DNA of 64,000 nucleotides, taken from positions 562,216,001 to 562,280,000 of the forward strand of contig NC_091287.1 in the NCBI RefSeq assembly GCF_032444005.1, given 5' to 3'. The position numbers were made by a program, and so were the translations under genes. This DNA comes from Ranitomeya imitator (taxonomy: Eukaryota). Below the pieces are notes generated by a model, which was given only the letters and a program-made list of their open reading frames with translations, was not told the origin of the DNA and searched no databases. Positions 12,841 through 27,200 of the stretch are shown here, piece after piece (positions within the stretch are counted from its first letter, which is position 1; every line of letters begins with the position of its first letter).

Positions 12841-14686
12841 TGGGAAAATGGAAATAAATACATTTTTTTAATTTTTCCCTAACTAAGGGGGTGATGAAGG
12901 GGGGTTTGATTTACTTTTATAGCGGGTTTTTTAGCGGATTTTTATGATTGGCAGCCGTCACACACTGAAAGACGCTTTTTATTGCAAAAAATATTTTTTG
13001 CGTTACCACATTTTGAGAGCTATAATTTTTCTATATTCTGGTCCACAGAGTCATGTGAGGTCTTGGTTTTTGCGGGACGAGTTGATGTTTTTATTGGTAA
13101 CATTTTCGGGCACGTGACATTTTTTGATCGCTTTTTATTCCGATTTTTGTGAGGCAGAATGACCAAAAACCAGCTATTCATGAATTTCTTTTGGGGGAGG
13201 CGTTTATACCGTTCCGCGTTTGGTAAAATTGATGAAGCAGTTTTATTCTTCGGGTCAGTACGATTACAGCGACACCTCATTTATATCATTTTTTTATGTT
13301 TTGGCGCTTTTATACGATAAAAACTATTTTATAGAAAAAATAATTATTTTTGCATCGCTTTATTCTCAGGACTATAACTTTTTTATTTTTTTGCTGATGA
13401 TGCTGTATGGCGGCTCGTTTTTTGCGGGACAAGATGACGTTTTCAGCGGTACCATGGTTAGTTATATCTGTCTTTTTGATCGCGTGTTATTCCACTTTTT
13501 GTTCGGCGGTATGATTATCAAGCGTTGTTTTTTGCCTCGTTTTTTTTTTTTTTTTCTTACGGTGTTTACTGAAGGGGTTAACTAGTGGGCCAGTTTTATA
13601 GGTCGGGCCGTTACGGACGCGGCGATACTAAATATGTGTACTTTTATTGTTTTGTTTTTTTTATTTAGATAAAGAAATGTATTTATGGGAATAATATTTT
13701 TATTTTTTTTTTCATTATTTTGGAATATTTTTTTTTATTTTTTTTTACACATTTGAAATTTTTTTTTTTACTTTTTTACTTTGTCCCAGGGGGGGACATC
13801 ACAGATCAGTGATCTGACAGTTTGCACAGCACTCTGTCAGATCACTGATCTGATAGGAGTGCAGGCTGCTTCACAGTGCCTGCTCTGAGCAGGCTCTGTG
13901 AAGCCACCTCCCTCCCTGCAGGACCCGGATCCGCGGCCATCTTGGATCCGGGGCTGGAGGGAGCAGGGAGGGAGGTGAGACCCTCGCAGCAACGCGATCA
14001 CATCGCGTTGCTGCGGGGGGCTCAGGGAAGCCCGCAGGGAGCCCCCTCCCTGCGCGGTGCTTCCCTGTACCGCCGGCACATCGCGATCATCTTTGATCGC
14101 GGTGTGCCGGGGGTTAATGTGCCGGGGGCGGTCCGTGACCGCTCCTGGCACATAGTGCCGGATGTCAGCTGCGATAAACAGCTGACACCCGGCCGCGATC
14201 GGCGGCGCTCCCCCCGTGAGCGCTGCCGATCGCACATGACGTACTATTGCGTCCTTGGGAAGTAAAGCCCACCCCACATGGACGCAATAGTACGTCTAAT
14301 GGCAGAAAGGGGTTAAGGGATAAGTCACACAGGAATTTTACACAAAAGGGTGCAAACAAAAAGCCACACAGGGACCGAAAATCTGCTGCCAAAAAGATTA
14401 TAAATCAATAAATTGTATGTGTGAGCTATATTGGACTAAGCTAGTGCACAGTCCTCATATTCACGGTATATTTACCAAGCAATTACCATAATCTTTAACC
14501 CAACACATACTATTGAGAAACTGACCATAACACACATTAAGTAACAGTCAGATACCTTGCAGCAGTAATATGAAAAGTCTGCAAAATAAAGAGTAACATA
14601 CTATTACCGGTAAAGGCAAGGAGGCAGGTGCAGCTAGGTCCGTGCGCGTCCGCCCCGACGCGTGTTTCGGACCTTCCTTCGGAGGT

Positions 14687-14722
14687 CCCCCGAAGAAGGA
14701 AGGTCCGAAACGCGCGTCAGGG
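14687..14722 (+). ncRNA. Degenerate minimal type I hammerhead-like motif
   Basis: CCC-CCGAAGA-...GGTCC-GAAA-CGCGCG-TC-AGGG. The core differs from CUGANGA (U4 to C) and stem II is partly deleted. The mirror copy on the minus strand (14653-14687) keeps stem II GGACC...GGTCC. Confidence 0.45.
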
Positions 14723-14848
14723 CAAACGCGCACGGACCTAGCTGCACCTGCCTTTTTGCCTTTACCGGTAATAGTACGTTACTCTTTATTTTGCAGACTT
14801 TTCATGTACTGGCTATATTACTGCTGCAAGGTATCTGACTGTCACTAA

Positions 14849-15254
14849 AGGTACCATCACACTCAGCGACGCTGCAGCGATATAGACAACGAGCCGACCT
14901 AAACTAGATCGCTGGAGCGTTGCTGTTTAGGTCGCTGTAGAGACGTCAAACACAGCAACTCCAGAACGATGCAGGAGCGATCCAGTGACGTAACGGCGAC
15001 TCACTTCTCGTTCTCGCTGGTTGTTAGCTCCATGTAAAACGTTGCTGGCGTTGTTGCTTTTGATGTCAAACATGACGATACACGCCGACCTGGCGACAAA
15101 ATAAAGTTCTGGACTTCTAGCTCCGACCAGCGATGGCACAGCGGGATCCAGATCGCTGCTGCGTGTCAAGCACAACGAGATCGCTATCCAGGACGCTGCA
15201 ACGTCACGGATTGTTGTCGTTCTCGTTGCAAAGTTGCTGAGTGTGATGGTACCT
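14849..15254. mobile_element. MITE inserted in the right arm of the foldback
   Basis: TIRs AGGTACCATCACACTCAGC / GCTGAGTGTGATGGTACCT. Absent from the left arm, which reads gttacttaatgtg on the minus strand. Target duplication is degenerate. Confidence 0.8.
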
Positions 15255-16532
15255 GTAATGTGTGTTATGGTCAGTTTCTCAATAGTATGTGTTGGGTTAC
15301 AGATTATGGTAATTGCTTGGTAAATATACTGTGAATATGAGGACTGTGCACTAGCTTAGTCCAATATAGCCCACACATACAATTTATTGATTTATAATCT
15401 TTTTGGCAGCAGCTTTTCGGTCCCTGCGTGGCTTTTTGTTTGCACCCTTTTGTGTAAAATTCCTGTGTGACTTGTCCCTTAATATCCTTGCCTTTTATTC
15501 TTATTAATAAAAATTGGTATGTTTATATATTAATTGAGACCTGTGTATCATCCTTTTCTCCAGTGTTTGTAATTTTCAAACAGTCTTGTTTACTGATGAG
15601 TGTCGAGCAACCCTGGATGGTCCAGATGGATGGATGGTTGCGGGAGGCCACAATGTCCCAACACGGCTGCGACGTCAGCAAGGAGGTGCAGGAGTCATGA
15701 TTTTGGGCCGGAATCATGGGGAAACAGCTAGTAGGGCCCTTTAAGGTTCCTGAACGTGTGCAAATGACCTCTGCAAAGTATATAGAGTTTCTGACTGACA
15801 ACTTTCTTCCATGGTCTAAAAAGCAGAAACGTGCCTTCAGAAGCAACATCATCTTCATGCATGACAATGCACCATTTCATGCTGCAAAGAAACCTCAGAG
15901 TCATTGGCTGCTATGGGCATAAAAGGAGATAAAATCATGGTGTGGCCACCATCTTCACCTGACCTCAACCGTACAGAGAACCTTTGGAGGATCATCAAGC
16001 AAAATATCTATGAAGGTGGGAGGCCGTTCACATCAAAACAGCAGCTCTGGGAGGCTATTCTGACTTCATGCAAAGAAATACAAGCAGAAACTCTCCAAAA
16101 ACTCACAAGTTCAATGGATGCAAGAATTGTGAAGGTGATATCAAAGAAGGCTCCTATGTTACATGTAACTTGGCCTGTTAGGAAGTTTTAGAGTTAAATA
16201 GCTGTTTTGTTCAGTGAATGTGACCTCCTAATGCTGCAAGTTCCACAAATGAGCATTTTCAGTTATTTAAAACATATCAAATGCATAGGAATTCTACTGT
16301 GCCTAATAATTTGGAACAGTGCATTTTGAGTTTTTATTTATTTTGGAGATTATAATGTTATCATTGGGAGGTTTCTTCAATAAAATTCGATGTATAATTA
16401 ACGGGTGATGACTTTTATTAGACTAACTGTCATTTGCACCGACCATTTAGGAAAATCCGAGAAAAATATAATTTGCATAATAATTTGGAACACAGTGTAG
16501 ATATTGTAGGAGGGCTCGATATGGGATGTGTA

Positions 16533-18137
16533 CAGTGGGGCAAAAAAGTATTTAGTCAGTCAGCAATAGTGCAAGTTCCACCACTTAAAAAGATGAGAGG
16601 CGTCTGTAATTTACATCATAGGTAGACCTCAACTATGGGAGACAAACTGAGAAAAAAAAATCCAGAAAATCACATTGTCTGTTTTTTTTAACAATTTATT
16701 TGCATATTATGGTGGAAAATAAGTATTTGGTCAGAAACAAACAATCAAGATTTCTGGCTCTCACAGACCTGTAACTTCTTCTTTAAGAGTCTCCTCTTTC
16801 CTCCACTCATTACCTGTAGTAATGGCACCTGTTTAAACTTGTTATCAGTATAAAAAGACACCTGTGCACACCCTCAAACAGTCTGACTCCAAACTCCACT
16901 ATGGTGAAGACCAAAGAGCTGTCAAAGGACACCAGAAACAAAATTGTAGCCCTGCACCAGGCTGGGAAGACTGAATCTGCAATAGCCAACCAGCTTGGAG
17001 TGAAGAAATCAACAGTGGGAGCAATAATTAGAAACTGGAAGACATGCAAGACCACTGATAATCTCCCTCGATCTGGGGCTCCACGCAAAATCCCACCCCG
17101 TGGTCAGAATGATCACAAGAACGATGAGCAAAAATCCCAGAACCACGCGGGGGGACCTAGTGAATGAACTGCAGGGAGCTGGGACCAAAGTAACAAGGCC
17201 TACCATAAGTAACACACTACGCCACCATGGACTCAGATCCTGCAGTGCCAGACGTGTCCCACTGCTTAAGCCAGTACATGTCCGGGCCCGTCTGAAGTTT
17301 GCTAGAGAGCATTTGGATGATCCAGAGGAGTTTTGGGAGAATGTCCTATGGTCTGATGAAACCAAACTGGAACTGTTTGGTAGAAACACAACTTGTCGTG
17401 TTTGGAGGAAAAAGAATACTGAGTTGCATCCATCAAACACCATACCTACTGTAAAGCATGGTGTTGGAAACATCAGGCTTTGGGGCTGTTTCTCTGCAAA
17501 GGAGCCAGAACGACTGATCCGGGTACATGAAAGAATGAATGGGGCCATGTATTGTGAGATTTTGAGTGCAAACCTCCTTCCATCAGCAAGGGCATTGAAG
17601 ATGAAACGTGGCTGGGTCTTTCAACATGACAATGATCCAAAGCACACCGCCAGGGCAACGAAGGAGTGGCTTCGTAAGAAGCATTTCAAGGTCCTGGAGT
17701 GGCCTAGCCAGTCTCCAGATCTCAACCCTATAGAAAACCTTTGGAGGGAGTTGAAAGTCCGTGTTGCCAAGCGAAAAGCCAAAATCATCACTGCTCTAGA
17801 GGAGATCTGCATGGAGGAATGGGCCAACATACCAACAACAGTGTGTGGCAACCTTGTGAAGACTTACAGAAAACGTTTGACCTCTGTCATTGCCAACAAA
17901 GGATATATTACAAAGTATTGAGATGAAATTTTGTTTCTGACCAAATACTTATTTTCCACCATAATATGCAAATAAATTGTTAAAAAAACAGACACTGTGA
18001 TTTTCTGGATTTTTTTTTCTCAGTTTGTCTCCCATAGTTGAGGTCTACCTATGATGTAAATTACAGACGCCTCTCATCTTTTTAAGTGGTGGAACTTGCA
18101 CTATTGCTGACTGACTAAATACTTTTTTGCCCCACTG
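16533..18137 (+). mobile_element. Full-length Tc1 (DD34E) transposon with ~208-bp TIRs
   Basis: TA|CAGTGGGGCAAAAAAGTATTT ... AAATACTTTTTTGCCCCACTG|TA; TIRs at 16533-16740 and 17930-18137 are nearly identical. Confidence 0.95.
16901..17921 (+). pseudogene. Tc1 transposase with a single frameshift near 17100
   Basis: The MVKTKELS...[10 protein letters not shown] frame switches to VRMITRT...WSDE...HDNDPKH...PDLNPIE...KY*. 34 residues separate the second D and the E. Confidence 0.9.
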
Positions 18138-18529
18138 TATGTAGATATTGTAGGAGGGTGTGATATGGAATGTATGAGATGATATTCCAGGAAGGCGTGA
18201 TTTGGGACTTGTGAAGAGCTGATCTTGTAGGAGTGCGTGATCTGGACGTGTAATGAAAAAATATTGCATGATCTGGGACACATGAGGAGATAATGTATGA
18301 AGGAGGCAATCTGAGAAACATGAGATGATACTGTATGACTTTGCCATCAGAGACGTGTGATGATATAATGAAGGAGGGTGCAATTTGGTATATATGAGGA
18401 GATGATACTGTAGTAGGGCACAACCTGTGACCCTCTAGAAGATTTTGTAGGACTATGCCGTTTGGGACATGTAATGCTATAATGTAGGATGGTGAGATCT
18501 CGGCCACGTGAGGAGAGACTATCCTGTAC

Positions 18530-20920
18530 ACCAAGATATTACCTCACAGACCTGGGATATTATCCGTCCATAGATATTACCTCAGAGATCTGGAATATTA
18601 TCTTACAATTAAATATTACAGAGGAAACTGACATTACTTCAGAAATCTGAGATATTACCTTACAGATCTGAGATATTGCCTCACAGACATATTACGTTAC
18701 AGACAGATTTTACCTCAGAGACATAAGATATTAATGCAGAGACATGAGATATTACCTCAAATATCTGAGATATTACCGCACAGACAAGAGATATTACCTC
18801 ACAAATCTATTACCTTACAGACATGAGATATTACCGCACAGATCTGAGATATTACCTCACAGATCTGAGGTATTACCTCACAGACATGAGGTATTACCTC
18901 ACAAATCTATTACCTTACAGACATGAGATATTACCTCAAAGATCTGGGATATTACCTTACAGGCATGAGATATTACCTCACAGACAGATATTACCTCACA
19001 GATCTATTACCTCACAGACATGAGATATTACCTCACAGACAGATATTACCTCACAGATCTATTACCTCACAGACATGAGATATTAACTCACAGATCTGAG
19101 ATATTACCTCAGATATGAGATATTACTTTACTGACATAAGATATTACCTCACAGATCTATTACCTCAGAGATATGAGATATTACCTCTTGGTAATAAAAC
19201 TTGGGCTGAAAGGTGGCAGATGAGGTTTAACAATGATAAATGTAAGGTTATACACATGGGAAGAAGGAATCAATATCACCATTACACACTGAATGGGAAA
19301 CCACTGGGTAAATCTGACAGGGAGAAGGACTTGGGGATCCTAGTTAATGATAAACTTACCTGGAGCAGCCAGTGCCAGGCAGCAGCTGCCAAGGCAAACA
19401 GGATCATGGGGTGCATTAAAAGAGGTCTGGATACACATGATGAGAGCATTATACTGCCTCTGTACAAATCCCTAGTTAGACCGCACATGGAGTACTGTGT
19501 CCAGTTTTGGGCACCGGTGCTCAGGAAGGATATAATGGAACTAGAGAGAGTACAAAGGAGGGCAACAAAATTAATAAAGGGGATGGGAGAACTACAATAC
19601 CCAGATAGATTAACGAAATTAGGATTATTTAGTCTAGAAAAAAGACGACTGAGGGGCGATCTAATAACCATGTATAAGTATATAAGGGGACAATACAAAT
19701 ATCTCGCTGAGGATCTGTTTATACCAAGGAAGGTGACGAGCACAAGGGGGCATTCTTTGCGTCTGGAGGAGAGAAGGTTTTTCCACCAACATAGAAGAGG
19801 ATTCTTTACTGTTAGGGCAGTGAGAATCTGGAATTGCTTGCCTGAGGAGGTGGTGATGGCGAACTCAGTCGAGGGGTTCAAGAGAGGCCTGGATGTCTTC
19901 CTGGAGCAGAACAATATTGTATCATACAATTAGGTTCTGTAGAAGGACGTAGATCTGGGGATTTATTATGATGGAATATAGGCTGAACTGGATGGACAAA
20001 TGTCTTTTTTCGGCCTTACTAACTATGTTACTATGTTACCTCACAAGACATGAGATATTACCTCACAGATCTGAGATATCACTTCACAGATCTGAGATAT
20101 TACTTCAGACATGAGATATTACCTCACAGATATGAGATATTATCTCACAGATCTGAGATATTACTTCAGACATGAGATATTACCTCACAGACATGAGATA
20201 TTACCTCATAGATCTATTACCTCAGAGATATGAGATATTACCTCACAGACATGAGATATTACCTCACAGATCTGAGATATTACTTCACAGATCTGAGATA
20301 TTACTAGACTGACATGAGATATTACCTCACAGATATGAGATATTACCTCACAATATGAGATATTAACTCACAGACATGAGATATTACCTCACAGACATGA
20401 TATATTACCTCAGATATCTGAGATACTACTTTACTAACATAAGATATTGCCTCACAGATGTATTACCTCACAGACATGAGATATTATCTTACAAACATAA
20501 GATATTACCTCACAGATCTATTACCTCAGAGATATGAGATATTACCTCACAGATCTGATATATTACTTCACAGATCTGAGATATTACTAGACTGACATGA
20601 GATATTACCTCACAGATGAGATATTACCTCACAATATGATATATTACCTCACAGACATAAGATATTACCTCACAGACATGAGATATTACCTCAGATATCT
20701 GATATACGGTACTACTTTACTAACATGAGATATTGCCTCACAGATGTATTACCTCACAGACATGAGATATTATCTTACAAACATGAGATATGACCGCACA
20801 GACTGAGATATTACCTTACAAACATGAGATATTACCTTACAGTCATGAGATATTACCTCCCATACTGAGATATTACCTTACAGATCTGAGATATTACCTT
20901 TACTTACCAATGATACCCTC
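18530..20920. repeat. About 21-nt minisatellite (ATGAGATATTACCTCACAGAC), interrupted by a CR1 fragment
   Basis: Tandem gagatattacctcacaga units on both sides of 19190-20037. Confidence 0.92.
19197..20037 (+). mobile_element. 5'-truncated CR1 LINE (RT C-terminus and 3'UTR)
   Basis: WAERWQMRFNNDKCKV...LYKSLVRPHMEYC...LFSLEKRRLRGDLI, ending in an (ACTATGTT)n tail. Possible TTACCTC duplication at 19181-19187 and 20036-20042. Confidence 0.93.
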
Positions 20921-21264
20921 CGGCCATGATAATATCTCACATATATAAGATATTATCCCACAGACCTAGAATTCCCCTCTGGCTGACTGGACAATTGTAA
21001 GGCTGATGTGACCATACAGATACAGACTCTAACCCATATTGCCCGTTACAGTATTTCAACCTTGGTCATACATTTTTAATCACTTGGCGACGAACAGATG
21101 ACAGATTATTCATAGGCAAACGATATTTCGTCTGACATTCGCCTGTAAAAGTCAAATATGTCCGACTTAATTTCAAACAACGACGATCTGTGATCGGTCA
21201 ACTAAACTGATCATTCATTTTCATAGAAATTGATCATTAAGATGTTGCTATCCTATAGACTTAA

Positions 21265-21532
21265 GGCACCCATACCAATGAAAGCTTATGAAAATGAACA
21301 ATTTCTACCAAAAAGATGGTTCGTTCGGGAGAAACCTAACAGCGAACGATTATTTTAGCCGACAGTCATCCGCTGGGTTCATTTTTTTTTTTCAAACGGA
21401 AATCTATTGTTTGATGAATATTCCCAGAAGGATTTGTACGTTCATGGCCCTGGGTGACATGTAAGGCCAGGCTGAAAGCCTAGAACAAGCAAGATGGACT
21501 AATGTGTATGTCTGCATCAGTGTATGGGGGCC
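21265..21532. mobile_element. Probable old MITE
   Basis: GGCACCCATAC versus GTATGGGGGCC inverted ends; the flanking duplication is not clean. Confidence 0.4.
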
Positions 21533-21887
21533 TTTAGATATGGCCCCTCACATCAGATATTTTACCTCTGGGATCTAACTATCAAATATCTCAATTATTT
21601 CATTGGCTATCAGAATTTGTATAATGACTTTAAAATATATAAAAAAAGTTAAAACATTTCCCGCATTAAATTTTATGACAGAAATATCCGCGTCGACAAA
21701 ACACGCCATAATGCGGATGTTCAAATTACAGCTAAACAGGTCAACCTGGTAAAACATAGTGCAATATTTCCTGAGGAGCCACTAGGACACCAGGATGCAT
21801 ATCACTGGGGAGTATAGATCGTATATATCTATTAGAGTCTACCTACAAATACATTTCCAAATCTATGATGCCCGCTAAGACCATCAG

Positions 21888-23570
<1,683 letters not shown>

Positions 23571-23599
23571 TCAGTTCGTCTGCTCCCGCCATGCCATAA

Positions 23600-24170
23600 G
23601 TTTACTGCCATGTTGATGGGGTGCCAGGCTGTGCCCGCTGCCTTGCCACAGATGCCCCAGCTGTGATGACAGAACCCTGTCTCTCTTCTGTCTCTCCTTT
23701 TGTTTGACCCCTCCCCTCCTTAGAGCCCAAACTCTGTCCAGTCAGGGAGAGACACAAATACCCGCACGCATGCGCGTCATGTCAGCAACGCTGCTGGGCA
23801 TACTACGCATGCGCTCGAGCTCCAGCTGTCACCTTCTGTCAAAGCAGTACACATGCGCAGGAGCGCACGCCTACACTGCGTCTGCGTTAAGGACTCAACC
23901 ATCCTCCCTGTCATGGGACAAAATAACGAACTGAGGTAAAATCACCGGCTCAATAATAGGTAAACGCCCTGGATGCATAACATGAGCGGAGAGAGCGCAG
24001 TAACGTGCGAATATGTCAGTGTTGGTTTAGACGCCGGTTTTCTCTCTCCCGTATCCACCCTAGATTGAATAGTGGTACGGTCCTGCCCGTGCGCTGGTTA
24101 TTAGAGCTGGCAGGTCACGTGGTTCGCTCCTTCCTCCCGCGCTCTCTCCTGACACGGCAGCGGCTGCAGC
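23600..24170. promoter_or_regulatory. CpG-rich bidirectional promoter shared by TIGD5 and EEF1D
   Basis: NRF1-like CGCATGCGC at 23767 and 23806, E-box CACGTG at 24116-24121, high CpG density, divergent genes. Confidence 0.7.
24127..24170 (+). other. EEF1D: EEF1D non-coding exon 1 with a 5'TOP pyrimidine tract
   Basis: CTCCTTCCTCCC...CTGCAGC|gtgagt with the donor at 24171. TOP leaders are typical of translation-factor mRNAs. The exact TSS is inferred. Confidence 0.7.
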
Positions 24171-24289
24171 GTGAGTACCGGGCCGGGCTCGTGGGGCTGC
24201 TGACTGGCGGGCTGGGTGGTGAGGGCTGAGTCATTAACCGGAGGGTCTTCGGGACTGTACTGAGCATAAAGCACCGGTGTGGCGGAAGG

Positions 24290-27200
24290 AGAAACCGAGG
24301 AGGGGGATGGCCGGGCCTATATACAGAGCGAGTGTGTATGAAGCCGGCTGTGGAGGGAGATGCCCGGGCCTATATACAGTGTGTGTATGGAGCCGGCTGT
24401 GGAGGGGGCTGGCCGGGCCTCTATATACAGAGCGTGTGTGTATGAAGCCGGCTGTGGAGGGGGATGGCCGGGCCTATATACAGAGCGAGTGTGTATGAAG
24501 CCGGCTATGGAGGGGGCTGGCCGGGCCTATATACAGTGTGTGTATGGAGCCGGCTGTGGAGGGGGCTGGCCGGGTCTATATACAGTGTGTATGAAGCCGG
24601 CTGTGGAGGGGGCTGGCCGGGCCTCTATATACAGAGCGTGTGTGTATGAAGCCGGCTGTGGAGGGAGATGGCCGGGCCTATATACAGAGCGAGTGTGTAT
24701 GAAGCCGGCTGTGGAGGGAGATGGCCGGGCCTATATACAGTGTGTGTATGGAGCCGGCTGTGGAGGGGGCTGGCCGGGCCTCTATATACAGAGCGTGTGT
24801 GTATGAAGCCGGCTGTGGAGGGGGATGGCCGGGCCTATATACAGAGCGAGTGTGTATGAAGCCGGCTGTGGAGGGGGATGGCCGGGCCTATATACAGAGC
24901 GTGTGTTTTTGAAGCCGGCTGTGGAGGGGGCTGGTCGGGCCTATATACAGAAAGTGTGTGTATGAAGCCGGCTGTGGAGGGAGATGGCCGGGCCTTTATA
25001 CAGTGTGTATATGAAGCCGACTGTGGAGGGGGATGGCCGGGCCTATATACAGAGAGTGTGTGTATGAAGCCGGCTGTGGAGGGAGATGGCCGGGCCTATA
25101 TACAGTGTGTGTATGAAGCCGGCTGTGGAGGGAGATGGCCGGGCCTATATACAGAGAGTGTGTGTATGAAGCCGGCTGTGGAGGGGGATGGTCGGGCCTA
25201 CATACAGAGCGTGTGTGTATGAAGCCAGCTGTGGAGGGGGCTGGCCGGGCCTATATACAGAGCGTGTGTGTATGAAGCCGGCTGTGGAGGGGGCTGGCCG
25301 GGCCTATATACAGAGCGTGTGTGTATGAAGCCGGCTGTGGAGGGAGATGGCCGGGCCTATATACAGTGTGTATATGAAGCCGGCTGTGGAGGGGGATGGA
25401 CGGGCCTATATACAGAGCGTGTGTGGAGGGGGCTGGCCGGGCCTATATACAGAGCGTGTGTGTATGAAGCCGGCTGTGGAGGGGGCTGGCCGGGCCTATA
25501 TACAGAGCGTGTGTGTATGAAGCCGGCTGTGGAGGGAGATGGCCGGGCCTATATACAGTGTGTATATGAAGCCGGCTGTGGAGGGGGATGGCCGGGCCTA
25601 TATACAGTGTGTGTATGAAGCCGGCTTTGGAGGGGGCTGGCCGGGTCTATATACAGTGTGTGTATGAAGCCGGCTGTGGAGGGGGCTGGCCGGGTCTATA
25701 TACAGAGCGAATGTGTATGAAGCCGGCTGTGGAGGGAGATGGCCGGGCCTATATACAGTGTGTATATGAAGCCGGCTGTGGAGGGGATGGCCGGGCCTAT
25801 ATACAGTGTGTGTATGAAGCCGGCTGTGGAGGGAGATGGCCGGGCCTATATACAGTGTGTATATGAAGCCGGCTGTGGAGGGGGATGGCCGGGCCTATAT
25901 ACAGTGTGTGTATGAAGCCGGCTGTGGAGGGGGCTGGCCGGGTCTATATACAGAGCGAATGTGTATGAAGCCGGCTGTGGAGGGAGATGGCCGGGCCTAT
26001 ATACAGTGTGTATATGAAGCCGGCTGTGGAGGGGATGGCCGGGCCTATATACAGTGTGTGTATGAAGCCGGCTGTGGAGGGAGATGGCCGGGCCTATATA
26101 CAGTGTGTATATGAAGCCGGCTGTGGAGGGGGATGGCCGGGCCTATATACAGTGTGTGTATGAAGCCGGCTGTGGAGGGGGCTGGCCGGGTCTATATACA
26201 GAGCGAATGTGTATGAAGCCGGCTGTGGAGGGGGATGGCCGGGCCTATATACAGAGCGTATGTGTATGAAGACTGCTGTGGAGGGGGATGGCCGGGCCTA
26301 TATACAGAGCGTGTGTATATGAAGCCGGCTGTGGAGGGGGATGGCCGGGCCTATATACAGAGCGTGTGGGTATGAAGCCGGCTGTGGAGGGGGCTGGCCG
26401 GGCCTATATACAGAGCGAATGTGTATGAAGCCGGCTGTGGAGGGGGATGGCCGGGCCTATATACAGAGCGTGTGTATGAAGCCGGCTGTGGAGGGGGCTG
26501 GCCGGGTCTATATACAGAGCGAATGTGTATGAAGCCGGCTGTGGAGGGGGATGGCCGGGCCTATATACAGAGCGTATGTGTATGAAGACTGCTGTGGAGG
26601 GGGATGGCCGGGCCTATATACAGAGCGTGTGTATATGAAGCCGGCTGTGGAGGGGGATGGCCGGGCCTATATACAGAGCGTGTGGGTATGAAGCCGGCTG
26701 TGGAGGGGGCTGGCCGGGCCTATATACAGAGCGAATGTGTATGAAGCCGGCTGTGGAGGGGGATGGCCGGGCCTATATACAGAGCGTGTGTATGAAGCCG
26801 GCTGTGGAGGGGGATGGCCGGGCCTATATACAGAGCGTGTGTGTATGAAGTCGGCTATGGAGGGGGATGGCCGGGCCTATATACAGAGCGTGTGGGTATG
26901 AAGCCGGCTGTGGAGGGGGCTGGCCGGGCCTATATACAGAGCGTGTGGGTATGAAGCCGGCTGTGGAGGGGGCTGGCCGGGCCTATATACAGAGCGAATG
27001 TGTATGAAGCCGGCTGTGGAGGGGGATGGCCGGGCCTATATACAGAGCGTGTGTATGAAGCCGGCTGTGGAGGGGGATGGCCGGGCCTATATACAGAGCG
27101 TGTGTGTATGAAGTCGGCTATGGAGGGGGATGGCCGGGCCTATATACAGAGCGAGTGTGTATGAAGCCGGCTGTGGAGGGGGATGGCCGGGCCTATATAC

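Larger units (their letters stand above)
9246..14312 (+). mobile_element. Non-autonomous piggyBac-like element, copy 1
   Basis: TTAA|CCCCTTT ... AAAGGGG|TTAA. The opposite palindrome arm shows the empty TTAA site. No transposase ORF. Confidence 0.82.
9038..15569. mobile_element. Non-coding foldback (palindromic) element, probably Penelope-like, itself carrying two insertions
   Basis: 14-bp duplication TAATTTTCAAACAG (9024-9037, 15570-15583). Left arm 9157-9245 plus 14317-14686 is the reverse complement of right arm 14688-14848 plus 15255-15571. The family assignment is inferred from the hammerhead-like apex. Confidence 0.7.
8030..16497 (+). mobile_element. Degenerate Tc1-like DNA transposon split by nested insertions
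   Basis: TA|CACGGTGTTCCAAATTATTATGCAAATT ... AATTTGCATAATAATTTGGAACACAGTG|TA (TIRs differ by one base). Broken transposase at about 8254-8529, 8892-9037 and 15584-16190 (VLFTDE, FMHDNAP, WPPSSPDLN). Confidence 0.9.
3305..18520. repeat. About 37-nt purine-rich minisatellite (GATATGGGACGTGTGAGGAGATATTGTAGGAGGGCGC), interrupted by an L2 and two Tc1 elements
   Basis: Units occupy 3305-5996, 6787-8029, 16498-16532 and, degenerate, 18138-18520. The array resumes after each insertion. Confidence 0.92.

Noticed and set aside
19282-19929. 215-aa antisense ORF (also at 51955-52602)
   Set aside because: It is the shadow frame of CR1 ORF2, shared only because the two copies are near-identical; no recognisable domain.
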